A stretch of 64,000 bases of DNA, taken from Parasitella parasitica NRRL 2501. Taxonomy: Eukaryota; Fungi; Mucoromycota. The translations under genes were made by a program, and so were the position numbers. Under the pieces are notes generated by a model that worked only from the letters and a program-made list of their open reading frames with translations, was not told the DNA's origin and ran no database searches. Shown piece after piece: positions 26,361 to 39,304 of the stretch. The stretch lies in contig MU619333.1 in the NCBI GenBank assembly GCA_025201805.1, forward strand, positions 41,161 through 105,160. The letters run 5' to 3'. Every line of letters begins with the position of its first letter. Within the stretch, counting starts at the first letter, position 1.

Positions 26361-28096
26361 TTGTGTTGCCAAGTGAAGTTTCTAGTGCAGCACTAAATAA
26401 CTCAAATAATGCATAATAATCATACAAAAGCAGTAATACAAAAAAAAAAACTTTAGAGGCTAGATGTCTCGATATACCTATTCTAGGCCTCGACAGGCTT
26501 TACATTGCCAATTATCTCAGAGGTATTGGTAATAAAGTGTGCAAATGCAATGAGACATTTAAAACTATGGTCCCTGTCTGATATTGGCATCCTGTTTGAT
26601 AGAGTAATAATTATTAGAAAAAAAAATGGCTACGATTAATGCTCGTGCAGTATGAAAATTCATTTTCTCCAAAATAAGCCATAGTTGCATTAAAATCACC
26701 GAAATGGAGGATACGATTTTCGTACAAGTTAGAATATAGAAATCATTCAATGTATGATAATCCGTCGGTGCTAGTCAATTAATAGACTCTTTCTCAACGA
26801 CATCACCAGCATTGTCTACTTTGGTATATTGATATGCTTTAATTGAAAAATTCTAAGGCCAACGTGCAATCACAGAAACTAAGGTTGCGCGTTGTATGCA
26901 TGAAAATTCTCTTTGAAAACGCAATCCAGCGCATCTTATGGGAATTGGAAACGAAATTTCTTACCAATATGTCATGATTTAGAATGAACGTCCTGTAGCT
27001 AATACGTATGCTTTGTTTTTTCTCTTTTCAAGAGCCTGATCAAATCCAGCATTTGATAAAGATGCTTTGTCATGGTCGTTGTACAAAGAAGATTACGGCA
27101 GATTAAAGAACCTAAATGGGCAAATATATATATTCAAGCATTGCTCGGTCTAATTGAATCCTGAAATGCTTTATTAAATAATACTTTTGAAATCTAAAGA
27201 AAGAAAAGTAGACAAAGGTGTATTCATACTTTGATCAGAAGATATCAATCAGTTTAACTCTTTTATTCTTCTCAAATCTATGCTTTGGAGGCATAACAAC
27301 GAAAAAGACGGAAAATAGGAGATCTGAACGCATTGAAGTGCTGGTTACATCGCCTTTTATATCATGCATATGGTAAAGAATAGGGCTACTTGTGTAGAAA
27401 CATCTCTCCTTTTATAAATTTAACGGAATTTATTGTCAAGCCTGGGAATTCCATGATTTACATATAAATCCAAAAAGAGGATCCAATATCGTGGTATTAT
27501 TGCTAGCTTACGGATATATCTCAAAGTGTCATTCCTGTAATCAGATTGCGAGTGGGATTATCTACATATACGGTTGAATAAATCACAGTAAAGATATAAA
27601 TACATGGAGCAGCATCTAATCATTCATGACATAGCAATGCATTGGTCCTTGTTCAAGCAAATCAGCCAGGGATAGTAATGCAAGCGTGATCAACAAGCTG
27701 CATTTGGTGTTGCCAGCCACACGAATTTTGTTTATCATTATCAGCCCTCATCCTGCGCAACATTACGAGTAATTGCTCCTATCTGAGGTATTCAATATAT
27801 CGGCGTTGTGTGTTTTAGTTTTACCAAGAAAATGACCATCATTGAAACGAATGCTCAGCATGATTACAACATGGATACATTTGTATACAACTTGAAAACA
27901 CGCTACTGGGCACAGTTAGTGTAACTGTGCAATGACAGAAATGTTAACAGAGCCCTTCCATACACGTGTTGTAAATTACACAAATCTATTTGTCCCACTC
28001 CTTTAAGAGAGGCTATGTATATATATATATGTATATAAAGCGGGCTCAACCATTTGCATCTGTTTTCCTTTCCATCTACTTCTGTTGCCATTAAAA

Positions 28097-29917
28097 ATGC
28101 TTCAGAAACCAGTATTCCTCGCAGTGTTCTTGCTAGGCATTTCCAATGCGATTGCGCAGAACATTACCTACAAAGTGGTGACAACAGCCATCGGCCATGA
28201 TGATCCAGTTACTATGGGTGTATTGGTCGATGATTATAAAACACCATTCCCATTAATTGCATCAGCAGATATTCCATACATATACACAGGCAATGCGCCA
28301 ATTGCAAAGTCTGGCTATAGCTACGTTCGTTTCAACAAAGACTCCCAGTCGCTAGAAGAAAAGGAAGCATTCAGCAGAGATGCGATCCAAACAGACACAG
28401 TATTTGAATTCTATAACAGGTCGCAAAACACATATTCTGTACCTGGATTACCTCAACTTTACGAACCCATCGATTCCATCAATCGAGTAAAGTCAGACCT
28501 GCACTATAATGACAGAATCCCAACCATCTTCATTTCTGGTGACATTTCATCTATCCAAACTAATTCTTCCAAAGGTGTTAATGCTGCAATTGATGTTACA
28601 TATGTTAGGTATGTACGCATCTTGCGACATGAGACGCATATACTGAACTTTTGTATAGTTTAGATCAAGCAATGACGCTTAAGGGAGCAAAAATTCAGTT
28701 ATCAGGTCGTGGAACCAGGAACCTGCCCAAAGCATCCTACAAAATCAAGTTTGGCAAGCAAGATCTGTTTTTTGGCTACAAGACTATCAAGTTGCGATCT
28801 CTCATTACTGATCCTTCTTATATCCGAGAAAAGATGGGATTTGATTTGGCCGAATCTTTCGGGCTTCCCACTACTCGATATTCCTTTGCCAGGTACAAAT
28901 TTATACATTTCTGTTTTCTAGACAACATTTTACTAATAATAGAACATTAGGTTATTTGTTAATAACAAGCCTCTTGGTCTGTTTGGTGTTGAAGAAGACT
29001 TTTCCAATCCTTGGCTTGCAAACGAGTTCAATAATGGCGTCGATCAAGGCTTCAACCAAGGCATTCTTTACAATGGCGCTATTCGCTCCAATCTGCAGTA
29101 CCTCGGGGAAAGTGAAGCCCCTTACCTCGAAGTCAAAGTCAAAAAGTTTGGTGACACAGCGTACAGCATCAAAGCAAAACCCACGAATGGAAACGCTGAT
29201 ATGAAAAAATTGATTGCTTTCACCAAGTTTTTGAAGGAAGCTCCCTCTATAGATTCAGATGCTGTTGCTACGTGGAACAGCCATGTGAATACAGATAGCG
29301 TACTTAGAAGCCTGGCCTTAGAAGTGCTCCTGGGAGATACCGATGGTTACATAAGCAGCGGTGATAACTACTACATTTATGAAGACCCCGCTCATAATGG
29401 CAGATTCGTCTACATTATGTACGATTTGGATTTGACCCAAGGCTCTGCCTCCCGTCACTCTGTGTCTGAAACATTGAAGGGTGATTACCAAAAGTTTTTG
29501 GGTTACAATGAAGCAAGACCACTTTTGAAGCAAATTCTCAAGGTCCCTGAATTTAAAGCCAAGTTCGAATCTATTCTTCGTGATTTCATCCGAAAACAAC
29601 AAGACAACCAAGAATTTTTGTACCAACACATTGATGCTTTAGCCGCAATGATCAAGGAAGACGTTGCCTGGGACAAATCCATTTCCAGAGAGCATCGTGA
29701 AACCACTGTAAGCCAGTATTTAGAAGAAATTGTCGAAAATGGCAAAGAGGCAAACGGCAAGGCAGCTGAAGCTCCTGTCGTGGACTACTCTGAAAGAGTT
29801 TTGCGCAATAATATCTCATTCGAAACTGCTGTCAATGGCAATATTGATCGCCTAACTCTTATGGGCTTGAAGCAGTGGTATTCAAAGATGATTGAATCTT
29901 ATTCTTCGTTCCTATAA
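28097..29917 (+). CDS. cotH: CotH-family spore coat protein/atypical kinase; exons 28097-28608, 28659-28892, 28951-29917
   Basis: Signal peptide, EFYNRS, SGRGTR...KASYKIK, KLRSLITDPSYIREK, LEVLLGDTDGY...NYYIY and YDLDLTQG motifs. Confidence 0.93.
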
Positions 29918-30114
29918 CTTATATTTATTGTGTGTACAAGTAGTTTTCTTTAATAATGATATCTCCTAATAATAATAAACGCTTGCTTCTCCTTTGTGGC
30001 TATATATACCGAGGCTCACACTATAAAGAGGTACTAACATCTGTTGCATATTCAATATGCTGTCATTAAGGTTCTCTTGCCGACTTAAGATTGCTACCTT
30101 CAAGTTACTCGCTG

Positions 30115-30115
<1 letters not shown>

Positions 30116-30150
<35 letters not shown>

Positions 30151-30160
30151 NNNNNNNNNN
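30116..30160. other. Poly-T run followed by a 10-N assembly gap
   Basis: Ns at 30151-30160. Confidence 0.99.
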
Positions 30161-31176
30161 CATGTTATTATCGTTCTACCATGCGAAACATAATTGCTAA
30201 CTTGCGTATGTGTGTGCTTTGACTGCGTTTATTTTATGGACATGGAGATATGACCTAGGAATCCGATAGTGTATTTCGTCCTCTCTTATCACAAATATGT
30301 TTGTTGATTATAATGTCAAAGAGTTTTATAAAATGTCATTAGCTAATCCTCAAATATTTCAATAGAAGTAGATCGAGCAACCCCTAAAAGGTCAAGGTAT
30401 CAAAAAAGAAAATGACTTTGATAACCCACTTGTACTCTTTTTTGCTTGGCTACCTGCTAATTGCATGCATGCGACACTGACAGAGACCCATGATGCCGAG
30501 CTACCAAAGACAGTCTATTCACTGTCTCCCCCAACTCTATCATAATCATGAAATTCCTGAAATAAATTTGGTGAATAAGCTTATGAAGTTGACGCCAGCT
30601 TTTTTTAGCTCTCAAATGAATAGCAGTTTCTTCTATCAGGAAGAAAGAGGAAGCTGTGTGGATGGGTAGGGAAATGCCGTTGTGATGTAATAACTTTATT
30701 CACTTCTTTTGCTCTTGTACATAAATTATATAAAGACACGCTAAAATCTCAACTAAATGCTTGTTTTGATAATACCTAAGCAATTATCTGATAAAAGAAA
30801 CGTACAAATTGAATTTTCTTGAAGGACAAAGTAGTTTTTCGAAAAGAACAACCACTTCTGAACTAGCCAGAACAGATAAAATTTACTAGCCCCACTATGT
30901 ACATATTTATACATCTATCATTCCTGAAATTGTTTTGAACCGCCAAAAATGTGGTTTATTGCCGATCTTGCGTGGATATGTGCCTATTTTTAACTACAAA
31001 AAAAAGTTAAAATAATAAATAAACAAACAGGGAGCATCAACATGTAAGAAACTTTTACTCTAGTGAAAATGAGGAGTATTTTGTCTCATGGTGAGTGCTG
31101 TCTTTTAGTATAAAAGCGTGCCCTATTTTTTGCTGTTTCTTTCTTTTTTTTTTCTATAATTATCTGAGAAAAAAAA

Positions 31177-31638
31177 ATGACTATTGCTACCACCTCTTGT
31201 TTAACTACTGCTATCAAGACTACCTGCCGCAAAAGAAAGAGATCTTCAGAATCACATGTCCGTTTTTCTACTCAACCTCAAAGTATTATTTACACATACT
31301 CGCAATCAGATTATGATCGTAGTGGATTGCTACCTGTCATTCAACCACAGCATGAAAAGCAGCAATTCATACTCACATTGGCCTTCAATTTTGTCCATTC
31401 TCAACCTTCGCAAGTAGATCAGAAACCAATGTTTAACAAAAAATCTACTCGAAACAAAAGACCAAAGCTCACTATCGATACAAGCAATCTGCATGGCCCG
31501 CTTTATTTTACAAGCATGACAACGAATCATCAAAAGAAATCAATTCAACCACTATCACCAGCAGAAGATGACAAGGAAGATTTTGATAGTCTTACCAAAG
31601 AAAACACTCGAAGAAATAGTTTACCACTAGTGCAGTAG
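31177..31638 (+). CDS. 153-aa single-exon protein with an RVxF-type PP1-docking-like motif
   Basis: TATAAAA at about 31109, A-rich start context, HVRFSTQPQSIIYTYSQSDYDR and KRPKLTIDT motifs. Confidence 0.75.
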   Translation: MTIATTSCLTTAIKTTCRKRKRSSESHVRFSTQPQSIIYTYSQSDYDRSGLLPVIQPQHEKQQFILTLAFNFVHSQPSQVDQKPMFNKKSTRNKRPKLTIDTSNLHGPLYFTSMTTNHQKKSIQPLSPAEDDKEDFDSLTKENTRRNSLPLVQ

Positions 31639-32899
31639 TCGTATATACTAGTTCCCTCCTTTCGCCTGTACATACTTGAAAATTGCTATTATATAATAAA
31701 CGCTAATACTTGCTATATCGATATCGTTAACAATCACTGTTTGCGTGTTTGTATATTTTAACACTATCCAAGCATTCGCTATGGTACATACACACTCTTC
31801 CTCTTGTGTGCTCATGTTGCTTAATTGGTAGAATGGTATAACATTGATAGTGCATGAAGCATAGTTCTGCATAATTACCTCCAACTCAATCTAATAATGC
31901 TGTATTACATACATGCATCACCTTAACTTATTTCTTTAAATTTCATTATTAGGTGAAGTGGTATATTCATATCCAACTAATATTATAATATAAGGGTATT
32001 ATGCATATTGATTATATCCAAAACTGGGATATAGATCAAAAAAAGGGTCCATACTACTGTACAGTTTACTCCTTTCATCCAGTTTTATATACTATATTGA
32101 TTTCATTGTTGTATTAAAATAAATTGATACTGCTCTAATATGAAAATGATCTCCTTCAGTAGGATAGCAATAATTCATGTTCATCTGTGCCAAGAGGTTT
32201 TGTATGCAGGTGAATATGCATCGTGTACGTCTCCTTTAATCCAAGAAAGAAAAACGTGCGATGAAATAATCGAAAGTATTGCATGAATTTATACAATATA
32301 AAGCCCACGATTTACGGTAGTATATGCTGAATGATTCAATATTGCTGTCTTTTGCGATATTCACCAACCGCAATATGTATAAGCATATGCATGTATAGAT
32401 TTTTCGTTGGCTTACATTTCATATACCAGTATATCACAATAATCGTCTTAATCATCGTCATCCTTATCATAACAGCATAATATAATGATCCTGATCATGT
32501 GCCTTATTAACCATTTGAACAGACGAATCAAGAAAAAACGCATATATCGTAGATGTCATATACGCAATGATTTGAATCCCCCAGAAAAGAGGCAATTTTG
32601 ATTATATATATACATATAAATCATTGAGATATGTAGTGAGAATTAGCATTAAATAGGAATGCTGGTGCTATCTCAATTGAGTCCTTAAAACTAAATCTAC
32701 CAAAGAGTTATCCTTTTATTGGATATGAATTTCGAAATTGTATTCATATACAAATATAGTTTTTTACTATTATCCTGAGGAATAACCACCCCTAGTCATG
32801 GACTTTAGGTACAATATAACATTAGTATGCTGGCTGGTGAGATCAGGTATTCTGACTAAAGAGACAACTTTGATCTCAAAAGATGAGTAAGCAACCAAA

Positions 32900-33705
32900 A
32901 GCCTAGAATATAAATAGTAGGCATTCATTCGTCAGTGATTGATGATCAATAAAAACCGCTTTTATTATATAGTATTTGCTTTCGACTGCCTGATATATAA
33001 TACGTTGGCAGTGGGTTAGTTTTGTCGATATTCCAAAGTAATATTTGTAGCTTTTGAAAGGAAAGGAAAGGCCTGCAAGTTGGTTCCAGCACCCGGTCTT
33101 TACCTTTTTGTTGGCAGGAGGGCTATCTTCAAACTTCAAGGTAAAATATTCATATCAGAATGCTTCGGCTGGAGTGGCGCAATAGTTTAACCAGGTTTAT
33201 TGAATGATATAGTGTCTGTGGCTGGTGGCAAGTTGTTCAAAAATTCATCTATTGGCGTTATCTTTATCTGTGCAACTGAAGTTTTGCATTTGGGCTAGTT
33301 CTTTTGGAAAGGAAAGCTGGGTCAAAATTTGGCTTGAACATGAATGTATTTTTAAATATGTCGACCTGTGGAAAGCTTGGTCACCTTCGATTCGAACATT
33401 TTGATATGCTGTAAACCATTTCGACCAGAGAAGAGAAAGGGCAATAAAAATTTATATTCAAACATACACGATGCGTGGAGTTCTTCAAGGTTGAGACACT
33501 TGCGAACAATTAATTCCATCAAAGTTATCCAAGAATTCAAATCTCTTGATATTCCATTACTACCTGCAGTTTGGACTTCTCCCAAACGAAACTCATTATA
33601 TATTGCTTCTTAGATTGCTTTTCCCCAGCCTTAATAGGCAGATTGGCAAACGTAAAAATCGAGAACTTTTAAGTGGTCCCTGACAACAAAGATAAGCCTG
33701 AACAT
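32900..33705 (-). pseudogene. Decayed LRR/F-box-type gene fragment
   Basis: LIVRKCLNLEELH looks like an LRR segment, within stop-interrupted frames. Confidence 0.3.
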
Positions 33706-35820
33706 GGGAAAATATACACAGTAAAATTTCTAGTATTGTTGACTCGTCAACTAGGATATTCTAACGATGCGTGGAAGGAATATGAAAAATAGTAAATTGC
33801 ATTGTATGTATGGATACCCACAGAAACAAAGTAATTACCTTTTAATATTTTATTGCTTGACACCGTGGATCCTTCGATCATGTAAAATGAGACAAGTTTC
33901 AGGAACACGATCTGTTCGAATGAATTATACTGGCTATTACTACATATTACTACACTCTAAATTTTAAGCACATAATTCCACGAATTTAGCTTTGCAAGAT
34001 ACAATCTTTTCATGCAGTATGTTCTGAATTACAATCCCTTTTGCAAGAAATACCAAAGTTTTTATTTTTATTCCTTTTTTTTTTATGTCAATCTGATGAT
34101 ATTAATCTAATTATGTTTGAAATCGATGAGGCATTTTTTTCTTTTTATGTGACATTATATCTCCTTATTACTGCATCCTTTTGGCAGTACATGCCGAGAG
34201 AAGCCAGGAGTTATTGGAGAGTGTCAAATATGGCAACAAACAATATAAATCAATAAGGTAATTGATATTCGCATCACAGGTGCAGCATCAATCTTCAGGG
34301 CGATAAAAGAAACTCTTCAATTCTTGAAGAGTAAGGTATGTATGCCAGCTCAAATTTAAAATTGCACCATATAATTGTTTATATTACATATTAGCGGGAG
34401 GTCGTAAGATTTTGACAGCCAACTACGTTGCGCAAATTATATTCACTATTTTGGGCTATATTCAATTATTTAGTAATTAAATGGACTCGATGATATAAAG
34501 GGAAGCTCAAATTAGTAATGTAGGTTGTCTCCTTAGTGATGGTATCTTGGCGCTTCAGCCTTCAACTAAGTCAGGGTTTCTTGGCCACATGTTTCTGGAG
34601 CGAGCAAGTAAAATAATAAATATTACACCCTAATCACCATACAGTATTAAAATAACAAAAATAAAAATAAAAGTTTATCTAGGTCCAAGTTAAAGATATT
34701 GATTGAAACTAGGAAGTTATTTGTAAATCTGCACATCCGCATATCCGCATGAATCGCCGGCATCAAACAAAAAAAAATAAAAAATCAAAAGCACTCAAAT
34801 TGCATCGGAAAGAGTTGATTGAATAGGTTAGAAACCTATTTCAATCTTACATCTGGACTATGATAAAATCATAATATACTGAATTACGTGATTACTGACT
34901 GCAACTGGTACAATCCGCAAAAAGTCATACAGGTGCCGATAAAACAGAAGGTAGGGCATACTATGTCGCTTGGAGTACTTGATGGTCAATATAAAATTTA
35001 AGACGTATCATCAGATTATCAGATGATCTCAAAGTACAGACATATATATTAGCTATGTATTACTAATTGAATGAAGAAAGTATACAAGACCATTATTTGT
35101 TTTGTGCATTTATGCTTATCTATTTGTTAATATCCAGAAAAAAAAAACCCTTCCTTTCAAGTGTCATTGCATTACAATGACAACTACGGTATATTACAAG
35201 GTTTTTTAACCAATTCCAGTAAAACAAGAATGATGCTAACAGCAGATCAAACGGAACAACCAATATATGGTATCAACTCAAACGGCAAAAATTAAAGGCA
35301 TATAACAACAGTTTATATCCTGTGCAGCATGCAACAGCGATTCATGCAGGTGGTTATGATTGGTCCAAGGAAAACGATAAAATAGCAGAATCCTCGGGTA
35401 TATAAGTTAAAAAAAAAGGGGCAAGCATTTGCATCAGATATTAGCAAAGTCTATATACATGCGAAACTCTTTGAAAAGCAAGATGGACAGTACCTTGCGC
35501 CCAAATGACGATTTATTTAATCTCGCACAGACTCAATGAAACAGTTCATTATAAAATAGTTTCTAACCAGAGTAGCACATAAACATAAAAATAAAGCTGT
35601 GTGGTGGTTGTGTCAAATACAGGTGTGTAAGATGGAGCAGTGAAGACTGCGTTTCAAAATCGACATGATGATAATTTATAGAAATAAAGCTTATTAAATA
35701 AAATTTCATCATATTGGTAACCCCGTGACAAAGACAAGAACTCTATTTAATGAGCAATATAAATAAACGACCTTTTTTTGCGAAAAATTCCCATTTCTTC
35801 ATTTTTTTCCATCAGTACTA

Positions 35821-38800
35821 ATGAACAATCCGCAGACACCGACTGAAAGATCCTCTCTGCTAGATAGAAGAAGATCCTCCCAAATGCGCAATGGGAACTA
35901 CACAGAGGGCGGTCTGACTTTTTCTATACCATTACCATCTCCATTTAGAGAGCAGGAGCCAATTACATTTCCTGCCACTCATAATACTACTCCTACCACT
36001 CTGGACAGGCATAGATTCAAATGGTTCAACAAGCGCACCGGATCTTACGACGAAGATAGGCAAGATTTAGTCAAAGAGAGCACTGGCGTCCGTGTGTGGA
36101 GCGAATCCTATTCCAGTATAGGTAATTATCTGGTTTGACAGTCAGCAATACAATGCAACGATTTCTAAACCTGAGCATTAGATTGGATCCATGACAGAAT
36201 CAAGGAGGGGATCAGAAGGCGGAAATTTCGAGATACCCCAGGTTTGAGAGGTGAATTGCTGAAGGCAAATGATGCATCACAGGCATGGATCTTGGCGATA
36301 CTCATTGGTACGGCTGTTGCTGCTATTGCATGGTTCATTGATGTTGTTCAAGAATGGATGTCTGACCTGAAAGGAGGTTACTGTACTACCAACTGGAGAT
36401 TGAATAGTAATTTTTGCTGCTGGGAAAATCAAGGTATTCTAAAATACAATGAAAGTATAATTTAACGCTAAATTAGCCATTTGTTTGGTTCAACAGAAGA
36501 AACATGTCATGCTTGGAAAACGTGGCCCCAAGTATTTGGGGTTGAAGGAAAGACTGCAACCTACTATACAGCCATGGCCATGTATACTTTCTTTGGTGTA
36601 TGTGTCTTTTTTGAAATTTAAGGAGGGAACCAAATTAATCCATGTTTATTATAGCTGGCATTTTCGTTAATCGCTGCATTAATGGTCAAGCATACCGCTG
36701 AAAAAGTAAAAGTTCGCAAAGCAACCAAAACCCAACCGTTTTCCAAGTCGCCTTCTATGGCATCTATACCATATGAGATTATATGCAACAGTGATCAACA
36801 GAATATGACATCCTTTAACAACAAGGATGAAACGACAAATGCTCCCCAATATGAAACAAAAAATGCATACTACTGTGCAGGTTCTGGTATTCCTGAGGTC
36901 AAGGTCATCCTGGGAGGCTTTGTGATCAAGGGATTTTTGGGTATTAAGACAATGATTGTCAAAAGCGTTGGAATGGTATACAAATATAATGAAAACAACT
37001 GAACTGTTTGTACTAACATGACCAAAAGATTTTCTCTACATCAGCCGGTTTAAATTGTGGTAAAGAAGGTCCTTTTGTGCATTTGGCCTGTTCTGTAGGC
37101 AACATTGCGTGTCGCCTGTTTCCTAAATTCAACAAAAATGAGAGCAAACGAAGAGAAATCCTCAGCGCTGCCTCTGCTGCAGGTGTTGCAGTTGCATTTG
37201 GCGCACCTATTGGTGGCGTTTTGTTTAGTATGGAGGAAGTAAGTTACTATTTTCCAATGAAGACGTTGATCCGAAGCTACTGCTGTGCCATGGTAGCTGC
37301 TATTGTACTCAAGGTTAGACCCGAAACATGACCTTTTTTTCTCCAATAACACTAAACCTTAATGCAACAGATTACTGATCCATTTGGTACTGGTAAAATT
37401 GTGCTTTTCCAAGTTTCATATGACAAGGAGTATCACCTTTTTGAAATGGTACCTTTAATTCTTTGTGGTGCGTTTGCTGTGAGTGGTTTGATGTTTTTTT
37501 TGCATAGCAAACAATGTGCTGATCCGCTGTTTATATTTGAACAATAGGGCTTCTTTGGCGCTTTTTTGACATATTTTAATATCAAATATCAACATTTCAG
37601 AAAAAACAGCATCGTCGGCAAATATCCAATAACCGAAGTGCTGGGCATTATGCTGCTTACGGCACTAGTTAGCTTTTGGAATCCATTCTCAAGAATGGGT
37701 CTCAGTGAATTTGCCTACAATCTCTTCTCCGAATGCACCCCTACAAACGATAATGGAGGCCTTTGTGCGTAAGTAATTCAAAAGAAGTCAACATCATCAC
37801 ACATGTATTCTAATCCTCTTATAGACGCACTGTGGCAGAAATACCTCAACTATTGTACTTGTTGCTGACCACCATGATAATCAAAATGGGACTTACTATG
37901 ATCACATTCGGATGTACTGTTCCCGGAGGTATCTTTCTGCCTAGTTTGATCATTGGAGCCATCACAGGGAGAGTTATAGGTCTAATTATGCAATACTTGA
38001 CACTAACGTATCCAACTGCATGGCCATTCACAGCATGTGCCCAAGATTTTGCAACACGTGGAGAGTGTGTTATTCCTGGCGTCTACGCAATTGTGGGAGC
38101 AGCAGCTGGTTTGGCTGGCGTAACCAGGACCACAAGTAAGTAAAATTTTTTTAAATCCTAGATTATACATCTAATGCTGTGCAGTTTCTCTTGTGGTCAT
38201 CATGTTTGAATTGACCTATTCTCTCACATATGCACTAGTAAGTTAATATTGAATATTTACTGCATTATTACATAAGAGGCTGACACATTGTTTACTTCCC
38301 CTTGCATATGATTAGCCTATTATGATTGCTGTGATGGTATGTATACAACTCAAAACTGAAAACCTACACGCACCCTAACAATTTGAGCTTACAGGTTGCA
38401 AAATGGATTGCTGACGCCATGTTTGTTGAGGGCATTTATGATTTATTGATTGAGCTGAAACAATATCCATATCTTGAAGCAAAAAGAGAATACATTCACA
38501 CAATGACGATCATGAACATTACTGAATATCTTTCGACTATTGACGTGGACACACCAATTACTATCAGTAAACTGAAGCAGAAATTGAGAATTATTGGTGA
38601 CATGGGCTATGCTGAAGATGGTGGATTCCCCATATTAAGCGATGGTGATATTTTAGAGGGCTACATTGCTACCAGCGAAGTTAGCCATGGATTAGATCAG
38701 CTAGAAGCAACTTTAAAGCCCACCATGTCTGAAAGTGAGCTAGATCAAGTGCCATGCTATTTTAATAGATTGATGAATGACGCTACAACTCATCATACCA

Positions 38801-39201
38801 CTGCTGCCACTGCCACAAACATGATCAACCAGGATTTGAAGACGCCAGTGCGAGACTTACTTCAAGTAGATGCTACAGAAAACATGGAAAGTGATCATCA
38901 TCATCAAATAGAATCCATGATTTCATCACGGCAATCTTTGAATGACTTTTCGCAATACATAGATCATGTAAAGTTTCAGAATCATGCTATTAAAATAGTG
39001 ACAATAGCTAATTTAAAGACTTTATTTTAGGCACCACTCACTATAAACCAAAACGCTTCAATGACGCTGTTGATGGACATGTTTACTAAACTTGGCGCAA
39101 GATATGTCTGTGTCACTCATTCAAATGGAAGATATTTGGGAATCATTCATAAGCGAAGGCTGTTGGCTTATTTAAAAGAACTAGACGAAGAAGACGAGTA
39201 A
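35821..39201 (+). CDS. CLC-family Cl-/H+ antiporter (Gef1/ClC-3-like) with CBS domains, many exons including a 21-nt micro-exon at 38316-38336
   Basis: [30 protein letters not shown] and GIYD motifs, plus a CBS region (GGFPIL...GYI). Confidence 0.95.
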
Positions 39202-39268
39202 ATAGTAGTAGTGCACTGTGTAGTAGCAAATATGCCTTCATATTTATAGATATTATATACATATACCG

Positions 39269-39304
<36 letters not shown>

